Below are positions 10,437-21,006 of a DNA stretch of 64,000 nucleotides, piece by piece; position 1 is the stretch's first letter, and every line of letters begins with the position of its first letter. The translations under genes and the position numbers were made by a program. Under the pieces are notes generated by a model. The model saw nothing but the letters and a program-made list of their open reading frames with translations. It did no database searches and had not been told where the DNA came from. Source of the DNA: an uncultured Chloroflexia bacterium (GTDB lineage Bacteria > Chloroflexota > Limnocylindria > Limnocylindrales > CSP1-4); the NCBI GenBank assembly GCA_963778645.1, contig CAVZVH010000001.1, positions 67,697 through 131,696 on the forward strand, read 5' to 3'.

Positions 10437-10569
10437 GGCCGTTCGTGGGGAGACAGCCCGCCTGGCAGGGCGCCGCTCGAGAGCCATACGCTACACTCGC
10501 CGCCACCTCGGAGCCGGAGTCGCCGGCCCATGGCCACGACCCGCGCGAGAGAGGAGCCGATCCCGACTG

Positions 10570-11598
10570 ATGGGCCTGCAGCGTGCACGACCGTCGCACG
10601 AGATCCTCTCCGGTGACTCAGCCGACGTCTACTTCGCCCGCGCCGAAACCATCCTGGAACGCGAAGGCCTCGACCCGGTCGTGACCATGGAGGTGTTCGC
10701 CCGCCAGCATGCCGTGCTCTGCGGCATCGGCGAAGCCCGGAACCTCCTGGGCCACGTCCTCGCGGGGGCGGATGCGGAGCAGACGAGACTCGAAGCCCTC
10801 AAGGACGGCGACGTCATCGAGCCCAAGGAGGTCGTTCTCCGGATCCGAGCGCGCTATCGCACGTTCGGGCTCTACGAAACCGCGATGCTCGGGATGCTCG
10901 CGCAATCGACTGGCTGGGCGACCGCGTCGCGCGAGTGCGTCGACGCCGCGGCCCCGGACCCGGTCATCAGCTTCGGGGCACGGCACATCCACCCGGACAT
11001 CACCGACGTGCTGGACTACGCCGCGATCGTCGGCGGGTGCGTCGGCGCGTCCACGCCCGCCGGTGCTCGTCTGGCCGGCCTGGCGCCGACCGGCACCATG
11101 CCCCATTCGCTCGTCTTGATCTTCGGCGATACCGTCGAGGCGGCCCTCGCGTTCGACCGGCACATCGGACCGGACGTGCCGCGGATCGTGCTCGTTGACA
11201 CCTTCAAGGACGAGGCGGAGGAAGCGTTGCGCGTCGCCCACGCCCTGGGCGAGCGGCTGTACGGCGTCCGCCTGGACACCCCGTCCGAGCGCGGTCGGGT
11301 CACGGCCGAGCTGGTCCACGAGGTCCGCGCGCGTCTTGACCAGGCCGGCTTCGACCACGTGAAGATCGTCATCTCGGGCGGGCTCAACCCGGATCGGATC
11401 ACCTACTTCAAGGAAGCCGGCGCGCCGGTCGATTCGTATGCGGTGGGCTCGTACATCAGCGGCGCGACCCCGATCGATTTCACCGGCGACATCAAGGAGA
11501 TCGACGGCCGTCCGATCGCGAAGCGCGGACGGATCCCGGGCCCGACGAAATCCCCGCGACTGCAGCAGGTCGATCTCGCGGCCTGGCGCGAGGACTGA
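10570..11598 (+). CDS. pncB: Nicotinate phosphoribosyltransferase (short type)
   Basis: DVYF, SFGARH, GTMPHS, LVDTF, VRLDT, ISGGL and YAVGSYI motifs of the NAPRTase B type. Confidence 0.85.
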   Translation: MGLQRARPSHEILSGDSADVYFARAETILEREGLDPVVTMEVFARQHAVLCGIGEARNLLGHVLAGADAEQTRLEALKDGDVIEPKEVVLRIRARYRTFGLYETAMLGMLAQSTGWATASRECVDAAAPDPVISFGARHIHPDITDVLDYAAIVGGCVGASTPAGARLAGLAPTGTMPHSLVLIFGDTVEAALAFDRHIGPDVPRIVLVDTFKDEAEEALRVAHALGERLYGVRLDTPSERGRVTAELVHEVRARLDQAGFDHVKIVISGGLNPDRITYFKEAGAPVDSYAVGSYISGATPIDFTGDIKEIDGRPIAKRGRIPGPTKSPRLQQVDLAAWRED

Positions 11599-11640
11599 TC
11601 GCCCGACGACATCGGACGCGTTCCATGCCACCATCGCCGC

Positions 11641-12051
11641 GTGCACGAACGAGATCCACTCGAGCGAGATCCGAGCGAACCGGGCCCCGACGACGAGCAT
11701 GAGGGTGCGTACGCGCTGTTCCAGCGCGGCCATGAGCTGCTCGAGGGCCGACATCACGCCCAGGCCGCCATCGTCCTGGAGCGGGCGGCCCGCCTGGAAC
11801 CGGGCAAGGCATCGATCCTCGAGGCTCTCGGTCAGGCCTACTACAACTCGGGCCGCCACGAGCGGGCGAGGGCGACGTTCGAGGCGCTCCTGGAGATCGA
11901 CCCGTCGGCCCATTACGCGCATTTCGCACTCGGCCAGAGCCTGAAGCGGCTGGGCCGACGCAACGAGGCGGGCACGCATCTGCGACTCGCGGTCGCGCTG
12001 AGCCCGGAGACGACGCTGTACCGCGAGGCCCTGGCGCGACTCGGTCCGTAG
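11641..12051 (+). CDS. Tetratricopeptide repeat protein
   Basis: Repeated TPR-like helices (LEALGQAYYNSGR; AHFALGQSLKRLGR). Confidence 0.8.
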   Translation: MHERDPLERDPSEPGPDDEHEGAYALFQRGHELLEGRHHAQAAIVLERAARLEPGKASILEALGQAYYNSGRHERARATFEALLEIDPSAHYAHFALGQSLKRLGRRNEAGTHLRLAVALSPETTLYREALARLGP

Positions 12052-12069
12052 GCGCGGCCCGTCGCGACG

Positions 12070-12570
12070 TCACCGGGGCGCGCCGGCCGGAAGAAGTCCG
12101 CGACGCTCCAGTAGCCGGTAGAACGTCCCGCGTTGCGACGGTGTGAAGGCTCGGGTCGGCAGGATGTGGATGATGCCCTTGCCGGCATCGAGCACCAGGA
12201 ACGCCCCGACCTCATCCGCCCGCTGGATGCTCGACCAGGGCCGCCGGTCGTCCGAGATCGCGGAGTGGAACCGGATGCCTTCGTCGTCCGCGGTCATCGT
12301 CTCGTCGAGTCCCTCAGGCCCGATCCTCGTGCGGGCCATCCGCCAGACGAATGGCGCCATGATCCAGCCGGTGATGAGCCCGATCCCGAGCACGACGCCG
12401 ATGATCGAGATCAGGTCGCCGAGCAGGATGACAGCGGCACCACAGACCACGACGACCGCGATGCCGAGGACCTGTGTGAACCACGAGCGTCTGGCGGCCG
12501 CGGTGGACCCTCGGAGCATGTCCGACATCGTGACGTGATACGTCACCTCGACGACGTCGTCAGTGGTCAT
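12070..12570 (-). CDS. YcxB family membrane protein
   Basis: Two TM helices, then DDEGIRFH...PWSSI...FLVL...ILPTRAF, the YcxB-like C-terminal pattern. Start reassigned to ATG 12570 or GTG 12573. Confidence 0.7.
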   Translation of the reverse strand: MTTDDVVEVTYHVTMSDMLRGSTAAARRSWFTQVLGIAVVVVCGAAVILLGDLISIIGVVLGIGLITGWIMAPFVWRMARTRIGPEGLDETMTADDEGIRFHSAISDDRRPWSSIQRADEVGAFLVLDAGKGIIHILPTRAFTPSQRGTFYRLLERRGLLPAGAPR

Positions 12571-13180
12571 CACGCTCGCCTCGATCGCTCGACCCAGAAC
12601 AGGCCGACGATCGACTTCGCATCCACGATCTCGCCAAGCTCGACCGCCGCGAGCGCCGCCTCGAACGGGATCCGCTCGAGCAGCAGGCGCTCGTCTTCGT
12701 CGGGTCCGAGTCGGTCGCCGTGAGCCGGCGCCAGATCCGTCGCGAGGTACAAGTACATGACCTCGGAGGTGAACCCCGGCGTCGTGTAGAAGCGGGTCAG
12801 GAATTGCCATGACCCGGCCCGCATGCCGGTCTCCTCTTCCAGCTCGCGACGCGCCGCGATCGCCGGGTCCTCGGTCGTCCCGTCGTCGGCGACCTCGAGC
12901 GTTCCGGCGGGCAGCTCGAGGAGCGTCTCGCCGACCGCGACCCGGTACTGGCGCACGAGCAGGACGCGATCCTCCGAGTCGATGGCGACGACCGTCACCG
13001 CGCCCGGGTGGCCGGCGATCTCACGCGTTGCTCGCGATCCATCGGACCGCTCGATGGTGTCGACCCGGAACGTCAGGTAGCGGCCCTGGTGAAGGACCTG
13101 GGACTCGACGACGCGCTCGACGAGACCGGCCCCGGAGGGATCCTCCGGGGCCGGTCGGTCGCTGGTGGACGGATCGGTGC

Positions 13181-13184
<4 letters not shown>
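12570..13184 (-). CDS. NUDIX hydrolase (ADP-ribose pyrophosphatase-like)
   Basis: LELPAG...[11 protein letters not shown] Nudix box and HPGAV motif. The frame stays open upstream of GTG 12998 to a CTG at 13184 that overlaps the upstream stop (CTGA). Confidence 0.85.
13124..13156. repeat. Perfect 15-bp inverted repeat (hairpin) just downstream of the ABC ATPase stop
   Basis: gaccggccccggagg - gat - cctccggggccggtc. Confidence 0.85.
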
Positions 13185-14296
<1,112 letters not shown>

Positions 14297-14543
14297 GCCA
14301 GAACCTCCGCTCCCGACCGACCATCGCGGGCTCATGCATCCAGCCACCGAAGTGGAACGTGGACGAGCCCCGTACGTGGGCGGCTCAGGGTCTGCGCATC
14401 GTACGGTCGCCGACACCCACACGCAATACTCGCGTCGCGGGCGATCACAGGCACACGAAGCAGCGGCCTATCCCGGCGTTGTCGGCTGGGCGCTCGTGAC
14501 CCGGTGGGCGGACGGCGCGACTCCGGTGTGGTAGATAGTGCCC

Positions 14544-15350
14544 ATGGGTGATCGACTCGCCGGCCGCGTCATCGTCGTCACGGGTGCCAGTGGCATCGCG
14601 GCCGCCGGGGCTCGGCGCTTTGCGGCCGAGGGCGCGACGGTCGGCATCGTGTCGCGCGATCCGGCCAAGACCGAGGCACTCGCGGCGTCCATCGCCAAGG
14701 CCGGCGGGCGGGCCGAGTGGTCAGCAGCCGATCTCCGGGACGAGGCAGCCACGGTCGCGGCGTTCGCCACGTTGCGCTCTGCATTCGGTCGGTTCGACGG
14801 CCTGTTCGCCGTCGCGGGCGGGTCGGGGCGGAAGTTCGGCGATGGGCCGATCCACGAGATCCAGCTCGAAGGCTGGCAGGAGACGCTCGACCTGAACGGG
14901 ACGCCGGCGTTCATGGCCGCCCGCGAGGTGGTTCGCGTCATGCTCGACACGCCTGAGCGCGATGGGGGAGGGCGCGGATCGATCGTGCTCGTCAGCAGCG
15001 TGCTGGCCAGCCACCAGTCGCCCCGCCTCTTTGCGACCCACGCCTACGCCGCGATCAAGGGTGCGGAGGTCGCGCTGGCCCGGACGATGGCGGCCTACTA
15101 CGCGCCGCATGGGATCCGGGTCAATGCCGTCGAGCCGGGGCTGGTCGCGACTCCGATGTCCGCGCGCGCCGCGGCTGACCCGTTGACGTCCGCCTACGCC
15201 GCGGCCAAGCAGCCCCTCGCCGGCGGGCTCCTCGCCCCGGAGGCCGTCGCCGACGCCGCCCTCTTCCTGCTGTCCGACGAGGCCGGCCAGATCACCGGCC
15301 AGTCCATCGCCGTCGACGGCGGCTGGAGCGTCACCGAAGCCACGGGTTGA
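14544..15350 (+). CDS. SDR family oxidoreductase
   Basis: VTGASGIAAA, YAAIKG (YxxxK), VNAVEPG and GQSIAVDGG. Confidence 0.9.
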   Translation: MGDRLAGRVIVVTGASGIAAAGARRFAAEGATVGIVSRDPAKTEALAASIAKAGGRAEWSAADLRDEAATVAAFATLRSAFGRFDGLFAVAGGSGRKFGDGPIHEIQLEGWQETLDLNGTPAFMAAREVVRVMLDTPERDGGGRGSIVLVSSVLASHQSPRLFATHAYAAIKGAEVALARTMAAYYAPHGIRVNAVEPGLVATPMSARAAADPLTSAYAAAKQPLAGGLLAPEAVADAALFLLSDEAGQITGQSIAVDGGWSVTEATG

Positions 15351-15352
15351 TC

Positions 15353-15766
15353 ATGTTCCGCGGCTTGCGTATGCCGTCGCTCCTGGTCGGGGTGGCAGTC
15401 GTCCTCGGAGCGTGTGTCCCGGAGGCCGGTGCGACCTTCGAGCAAGGGGTCGAGCAGCAGCCCGGCCCGGGCTACATCCATCTCGTGACCCAGCCCGCGA
15501 CCGCCGAGATCGAGCTCACCTTCCGGTTGATCGTCGGAGGGGAGGATTCGAGCCGAACGACGACGATCGCGGCCGGTGAGGTCGTGGACGTCGACTTGAC
15601 CACCCTGCCCGGTGCATACGGCATGCGGATGAACGGGACCGCGTGCGACGGACGGTTCCCCGTCGAGGCCGAGCGCGTCACCGACGTCGTCGTGCGGATC
15701 ACCGCGAACGGCTGCGCGATGTCCGTCGGCGCGATCCGCGACGCCGAGGAGATGCGTCCGCCATGA
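15353..15766 (+). CDS. Small putative lipoprotein
   Basis: Hydrophobic stretch ending in a VLGAC lipobox; small beta-rich domain with two further Cys. Confidence 0.6.
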   Translation: MFRGLRMPSLLVGVAVVLGACVPEAGATFEQGVEQQPGPGYIHLVTQPATAEIELTFRLIVGGEDSSRTTTIAAGEVVDVDLTTLPGAYGMRMNGTACDGRFPVEAERVTDVVVRITANGCAMSVGAIRDAEEMRPP

Positions 15767-15781
15767 GGCCCAACCCGAGGT

Positions 15782-15791
15782 TGTCTAGACA
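15782..15791. promoter_or_regulatory. GntR/HutC-type operator TGTCTAGACA overlapping the -35 (TAGACA) of the leaderless deoC promoter
   Basis: Perfect palindrome matching the HutC-subfamily GTnTAnAC consensus. TAGACA 15786-15791, 17-nt spacer, CATCAT 15809-15814, ATG 15821. Confidence 0.7.
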
Positions 15792-15820
15792 TTTGCGGTC
15801 GCGCCTGCCATCATCGGGCC

Positions 15821-16531
15821 ATGGACGCCCTGACGATCGAAGACCTGACGTACGAGCGGGTCGCCAAGACCATCGACCACTCGCTGCTGCGACCGGAGCT
15901 GACGCTCGACGACGTCATGGAAGGCTGCGCGATCGCGGCTCGCTACGAGGTCGCGTCGGTGTGTGCGCGTCCGACCGATGTCCGGACGTGCCGAGACCTC
16001 CTGGCCGGGTCGGGCGTCGTCGTGGGGACCGTCATCGGCTTCCCGCACGGGGCGCACGCGACCGAGACCAAGGTCTTCGAGGCGGAACGGGCGACTGCCG
16101 ACGGCGCCGTCGAACTCGACATGGTCATCAACATCGGCTGGCTTCGCTCGGGTGAGGACGACCGCGTGGAAGCCGACATCCGATCCGTGACCGAGGCGGC
16201 TCACGCCGGCGGGGCCATCGTCAAGGTCATCCTCGAGAACGCCTACCTGACGAAGGACGAGATCGTGCGTGGCTGCCAGGCGGTCGAACGCGCCGGCGCC
16301 GAGTACGTCAAGACCTCCACCGGGTTCGCGCCATCGGGGGCCACGCTCGATGACCTGCGCCTGATGCGAGCCAGCGTCTCGCCGAGCGTCAAGGTCAAGG
16401 CTGCCGGCGGCGTCCGGACGCTCGATGCGCTCATCGAGGTCATGAACGCGGGCGCTGACCGCTGTGGGGCGACCCGCACGGCCGAGATGCTCGACGAGTT
16501 CCGCGCCCGCAAGACCGCCGCGGCCGGCTGA
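15821..16531 (+). CDS. deoC: Deoxyribose-phosphate aldolase
   Basis: IDHSLL, GFPHG, ELDMVINIG, KVILE, YVKTSTGF and VKAAGGVR. Confidence 0.93.
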   Translation: MDALTIEDLTYERVAKTIDHSLLRPELTLDDVMEGCAIAARYEVASVCARPTDVRTCRDLLAGSGVVVGTVIGFPHGAHATETKVFEAERATADGAVELDMVINIGWLRSGEDDRVEADIRSVTEAAHAGGAIVKVILENAYLTKDEIVRGCQAVERAGAEYVKTSTGFAPSGATLDDLRLMRASVSPSVKVKAAGGVRTLDALIEVMNAGADRCGATRTAEMLDEFRARKTAAAG

Positions 16532-16550
16532 GCGGCCGGTCGTTCCAGGC

Positions 16551-17459
16551 CTAGACGCCCTCTGCGCCGGCCAGCGCCGCCCCGATCCCTCCGGCCAGCG
16601 GGCCGAGCTGCGCCAGCACGATCTCGATCCGCTCCGGCGGGAGCATCCGCGCATGCTCCATGACGTTGGCTCGCAGCGGCTCCAGGATGATGTTGCCAGC
16701 CGCGGCCATGCCGCCCCCGACGACCACCCGATCGGGGGCAAGGACGTTGACGATGTTGGCGATCGCGATCCCCAGGGCGCGGGTCGCCTGGTCCACGGCC
16801 GCGATGCAGCGCTCGTCGCCGGCCACAGCGCCCGCAAAGACTTCCTCCACCGTGGCCTTACCGGCCGCCGTCGTGATGGCCTTGGCCTGGGCCAGGGCTT
16901 CGGTGCAGCCACGATTGCCGCAGCCGCACATCGGCCCATCCTCGAGCACCGTCTGATGGCCGATCTCCCCAGCGGTGCCGGTGCCCAGGTGGAGCATGCC
17001 GTCGATGATCAGCCCACCGCCGATGCCCGTACCGAGCGTCACGAGCGCCATCGTCCGGGCGCCGCGGCCGGCGCCCATCCGCGACTCCGCGAGCGTGTGG
17101 GCTCGCGCGTCGTTGATGAACACGACCGGTCGGCCGAGGCCGTCCTCGAGGCGTGCCTTGAAGGGATAGCCGGTCCATGGTCCCGGGAAGTTGGGAAAGA
17201 GGCGGATCACGCCAGACTCCCGATCGAACAGGCCGGGTACGCCGATGCCGATCGTGGCGATGGGGCCGTGGGCCGCCACCGCCGCCAGCCCGGCCTCGAC
17301 CATGACCGCGACGACCCCATCGGGCCCGCGCTCGGCGTAGGTCGGCACGGTGTCGCGGGCCAGCAACACGGGCTCCTCGCCGCGGTCCGACCGCTCCAGG
17401 ACGGCCACCTTCAGGTTCGTCCCGCCGAGGTCCAGGCCCAGGTGCCGGCTCGCAGTCAC
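16551..17459 (-). CDS. ROK family sugar kinase
   Basis: GLDLGGTN, INDARA, LGTGIGGG, GEIGH and CGCGNRGCTE Zn motif; no HTH. Confidence 0.92.
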   Translation of the reverse strand: MTASRHLGLDLGGTNLKVAVLERSDRGEEPVLLARDTVPTYAERGPDGVVAVMVEAGLAAVAAHGPIATIGIGVPGLFDRESGVIRLFPNFPGPWTGYPFKARLEDGLGRPVVFINDARAHTLAESRMGAGRGARTMALVTLGTGIGGGLIIDGMLHLGTGTAGEIGHQTVLEDGPMCGCGNRGCTEALAQAKAITTAAGKATVEEVFAGAVAGDERCIAAVDQATRALGIAIANIVNVLAPDRVVVGGGMAAAGNIILEPLRANVMEHARMLPPERIEIVLAQLGPLAGGIGAALAGAEGV

Positions 17460-18193
17460 GACATCTCCGCGTGGTCGCCGCGCTGGAGCACGGCCTCGAA
17501 CTCGTAGCGTTCGGCGGCATAGAGGGTCTCGGTGTGTTCGATGGGGATGCCGTCCTGGTCGTCGATGGTCCGTCGCTCGCTGAGGACGACCCCGTCGGGA
17601 TCGAGGCCCAGCAGGCGTCGTTCGATGTCGGTCGCGAGCCGCGCGGAGACCCGTGCCTGGGCTCGGGTCGGGATGCGCCCGAGTCGCTCGAAGGCGTCGT
17701 GGAGCGAACCGCCGGCCAGGTCGTCATCGAGGATGCCGGCGCACGTCGGCGGGGCGACGACGCGCTCGATGGCCATGGGCAGGTCGTCGGCGAGGCGGAG
17801 TCGTTCGACGACGATGGCCCGACTGCCCACCGGCAGGTGGAGCGCGGCGCGGTCCTCGGGGCTCGGTTCGATCCAGCCCGTGTGGAGCATCCGCGACGAG
17901 GCCCGTCGACCCCGCCGACGCATGCTCTCGGTGAACGAGAGCGGCGATCCGAGGAGTCGCGCCACCACGCGCGGAGCCGTGAACGTGCCCTCGCCTCGAC
18001 GCCGCACGAGCAACCGCTCGTTGGCCAACAGCTGGACCGCCTGTCGGACCGTCATCCGGCTCACACCGAAGCGCTCGCAGAGCTCGGCTTCGGACGGCAG
18101 CCGATCGCCCGGTCGCGACGCCGCGACGAGGCGACGAAGGTAGTCGGCGATCTCCAGGTATCGCGGGGTCGTGGCGGCGGTCATCGTGTCCAT
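17456..18193 (-). CDS. GntR family transcriptional regulator, HutC/UTRA subfamily
   Basis: RLPSEAELCERFGVSRMTVRQA wHTH, RRGEGTF and a C-terminal UTRA domain. Confidence 0.93.
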   Translation of the reverse strand: MDTMTAATTPRYLEIADYLRRLVAASRPGDRLPSEAELCERFGVSRMTVRQAVQLLANERLLVRRRGEGTFTAPRVVARLLGSPLSFTESMRRRGRRASSRMLHTGWIEPSPEDRAALHLPVGSRAIVVERLRLADDLPMAIERVVAPPTCAGILDDDLAGGSLHDAFERLGRIPTRAQARVSARLATDIERRLLGLDPDGVVLSERRTIDDQDGIPIEHTETLYAAERYEFEAVLQRGDHAEMS

Positions 18194-18194
18194 G

Positions 18195-18224
18195 TTGACG
18201 GAGTCTTCGGGGCGTGCTTAGGAT
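18195..18224 (+). promoter_or_regulatory. Sigma70-type promoter for the SIS operon
   Basis: TTGACG (18195-18200), 18-nt spacer, TAGGAT (18219-18224); the operator lies at the predicted +1. Confidence 0.65.
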
Positions 18225-18230
18225 GGCACA

Positions 18231-18246
18231 CCTGTCTAGACATCTT
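18231..18246. promoter_or_regulatory. GntR/HutC-type operator (CCTGTCTAGACATCTT) between the divergent gntR and SIS genes
   Basis: Palindrome TGTCTAGACA at 18233-18242; these 16 bp are identical to 52290-52305. Confidence 0.75.
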
Positions 18247-18290
18247 GGGCGACCGCCCGAGGATCCCCTGGGCACCTCTGGAGGACGGTC

Positions 18291-19088
18291 TTGCCCATCG
18301 CCGGCGCGTGGCTCTCCGAGGCCCGAGCAGTCCTCGATCGGATCGAAGCCACCCAGATGCCCGCCATCGCGGAGACCGTGAGCCTCTGCGCACGAGCCAT
18401 CGGCGACGGTGGCCTCGTCCACCTCTTCGGGACAGGCCACTCGCGGATCCCGCTCGAGGAGATGTTCCCGCGGTACGGGTCCTACCCCGGATTCCATCCG
18501 ATCGCCGAGCTCTCGATGACGTTCCACACCCAGGTCGTCGGTGCGAACGGCCAGCGTCAGGCGATGTTCATCGAGCGAACCGAGGGCCTCGCCGAAGTGA
18601 TCCTGGCCAACTTCCAGTTCGGGCCGAGCGACGTGATGATGGTCTTCTCGGCGTCCGGGCTGACCGCCGTCCCGATCGAGATGGCGATGGGCGCGCGAGC
18701 CCGCGGCCTGGTGGTCGTGGCCGTCACCTCGGTCGCCCAGTCGATGGCCGGTGTGCCGGAGCACCCGACCGGCAGCCGCCTGCTGGACCAAGCGGACATC
18801 GTCATCGACCTGTGCACGCCGGCCGGCGACGCGCTTGTGCGCCTGGACGGCCTGGACACGCCGATCGGCCCGGGCTCCACGGTCGCCAACGCCGCGATCG
18901 TCAACGAGATCAAGGTGGGGACCGCGGCGATCCTCCTGCAGCGGGGAGCGCTGCCGCCGGTCCTCACGAGCGCCGCCGTGGTCGGACCGGAGCGCTCGAT
19001 CGAACTGTTCGAGGCGGCGTACCGGGAACACGCTCGCCGGGTCGCTCTGGCGCTCGCCGGGGCCGTGGCGCCAGCTGACGAGGCCTAG
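18291..19088 (+). CDS. SIS domain sugar isomerase-like protein (UPF0309 type)
   Basis: HLFGTGHS, FSASG, VAVTS, IDLCTPAGDA and GPGSTV match the SIS fold; TTG start preceded by GGAGG. Confidence 0.8.
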   Translation: MPIAGAWLSEARAVLDRIEATQMPAIAETVSLCARAIGDGGLVHLFGTGHSRIPLEEMFPRYGSYPGFHPIAELSMTFHTQVVGANGQRQAMFIERTEGLAEVILANFQFGPSDVMMVFSASGLTAVPIEMAMGARARGLVVVAVTSVAQSMAGVPEHPTGSRLLDQADIVIDLCTPAGDALVRLDGLDTPIGPGSTVANAAIVNEIKVGTAAILLQRGALPPVLTSAAVVGPERSIELFEAAYREHARRVALALAGAVAPADEA

Positions 19089-19163
19089 GCTCGTATCATC
19101 ATCGATCATCGATGACAGGCACGATCCGCAAGCGGACGTTCGGGACGCGATGGAGGACTCGCC

Positions 19164-20948
19164 GTGGCCGTGACAGAGGAGATCCTCGGCCAGTTCCTTG
19201 GAGACGACACGTTTCCGGTCGACTGGGACTCGGAGGTCGAGAAGGACTTCTTCTGGGTGTACGACGACCTGCACATCCCGCACCCGGTCAGCCCGATGTT
19301 CTTCGACATCGGTGGTTGGTGGCTCAGCTGCGACCACATGTTCCGCCGCTTCGGGACACCGTTCGCCGTCGACTGGCTGGCCAAGAACGTCAATGGCTAC
19401 GTGTACACGACCGCCATCCCGGCCGATCCGGACCTCCGGATCGAGGGAACCGAGTACAGCTCGCGCTACAGCGCGCGGGTGCCGCGCGACGCCACCTTCG
19501 CCGCCACGATGGGGGCGTATCTCGACGTGGTCCTGCCCGTCTACGGCCGGGACTTCGCCGACTGGTGGCGGGACCGCCTGCGGCCGGAGATGGAGCGCAA
19601 TTTCGCCTTCCTGGAGGCGCGCCTCGACGCCGCCGACGGCATGAGCCTGGCCGACGTGGCCTGCCTGCTCGAGGACGCTATCGACATCCACGATCGTCAC
19701 TGGAAGATCCACTGGATGCTGAACTTCGCCCAGCTGTCCGCGACGCTCCACCTGCGCGCCGTCATGGAGAAGATCCGCGGCACGGTCGACGAGGCGCTGC
19801 TGGGCCGCCTCCAGAACTCGGCATCGGACCGCAACTGGGACTCGATCGAGGCGCTGTGGCGGATGAAGAACGAGGTTCGCGATGATCACGAGCTGCGGGC
19901 GGCGTTCGCATCCGATGCCGCCGCCGAGATCGCCGCGTCGCTCCATGCGAGCGAGCGGGGCCGGCGGTTCATCGCCGAGGCGATCGGGCCGTATCAGCGC
20001 GAATTCGGATGGCATGCGGTCTGGAGCCACGAGTTCATCTTCCCGACGGTCCGCGAGCAGATGGAGCCGGTCCTCGAGCTCATCCGCGGGTACCTGGCCA
20101 GCGACTACGACTTTCCGAGCGCGATCGAGGCGATGCGGATCGACATCGCGGCCGCGTCCGAGGAGATCCTCGACGGGCTGACCGGCGATGCGCTCGAGGA
20201 GATGCGCGCGGCCAACGCCGTCAATCGCAGGATGGCGCCGCTGACGCCCGACCACCACTTCTACATCGACCAGGGCGCCAACGCCCACGTCCGCCTCGTC
20301 CTGCTCGAGGTCGGCCGCAAGCTCGTGGATGCCGGGCGCCTCGATGCGCCCGACGACGTGATGTTCCTTCGCTACAACGAGCTTCGGGGCCTGATCGGCA
20401 GCGCCGAATCGATCGACGCGCGGGCATTCGTCGCCAGCCGCCGCCTCGAGCGCCAGGCCGCCGCTCGCCGACATCCGCGCGACTGGGTCGGCACGGTCAC
20501 CCCATCGCAGCTCGCCTTCCCATACCTCGTCAATTGGGGGTACCCGGATCGCTTCCATCAGACGCAATCGGAGGATGTGCGCCTCATCACGGGGATCGGT
20601 GCGTCCCCGGGCATCGTCGAAGGCATCGCCCGGGTCGTGCGGACCGTCGACGAGTTCGACGAGGTCCGCGACGGCGACATCCTCGTGTGCCAGATGACCA
20701 ACCCGGCCTGGGTGGTCCTGTTCACCAAGATCGCCGGCCTGGTGACCGACACCGGGGGGACGACCTCGCATCCCGCCGTCCTCGCCCGTGAGTTCGGGAT
20801 CCCGGCGGTCATCGGCACATCCGTGGCGACCCAGCGGATCGCCACCGGCGACCGGTTGAGGATCGATGGCGCGGCAGGGCGGGTGGAGGTCATCGGCGAG
20901 GCGCCGGCCGGATCGACGGTCGTGTCGGCGACGGCGATCGGTCGCTGA
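19164..20948 (+). CDS. PEP-utilizing enzyme: substrate-binding domain plus phospho-His swivel, no ATP-grasp (phenylphosphate synthase alpha-like)
   Basis: C-terminal GIGASPGIVEGIARV...TDTGGTTSHPAVLAREFGIPAV phosphohistidine signature. N-terminal EKDFFWVYDDLHIPHP, VNGYVY and DHHFYID resemble PpsA-type proteins (recalled, not searched). Confidence 0.8.
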   Translation: MAVTEEILGQFLGDDTFPVDWDSEVEKDFFWVYDDLHIPHPVSPMFFDIGGWWLSCDHMFRRFGTPFAVDWLAKNVNGYVYTTAIPADPDLRIEGTEYSSRYSARVPRDATFAATMGAYLDVVLPVYGRDFADWWRDRLRPEMERNFAFLEARLDAADGMSLADVACLLEDAIDIHDRHWKIHWMLNFAQLSATLHLRAVMEKIRGTVDEALLGRLQNSASDRNWDSIEALWRMKNEVRDDHELRAAFASDAAAEIAASLHASERGRRFIAEAIGPYQREFGWHAVWSHEFIFPTVREQMEPVLELIRGYLASDYDFPSAIEAMRIDIAAASEEILDGLTGDALEEMRAANAVNRRMAPLTPDHHFYIDQGANAHVRLVLLEVGRKLVDAGRLDAPDDVMFLRYNELRGLIGSAESIDARAFVASRRLERQAAARRHPRDWVGTVTPSQLAFPYLVNWGYPDRFHQTQSEDVRLITGIGASPGIVEGIARVVRTVDEFDEVRDGDILVCQMTNPAWVVLFTKIAGLVTDTGGTTSHPAVLAREFGIPAVIGTSVATQRIATGDRLRIDGAAGRVEVIGEAPAGSTVVSATAIGR

Positions 20949-21006
20949 TATGCGCAGCCGCATCGTCCTGGTCGGCGTCGTCGATCAAGGGCCCTAGACC
21001 CGGCCG

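Noticed and set aside
17724-20963. 1079-aa minus-strand ORF and other long antisense ORFs (for example 22724-24316, 32450-34117, 39438-41270, 52428-54206)
   Set aside because: Shadow ORFs of GC-rich sense genes: no motifs, and fully overlapping well-supported CDSs.
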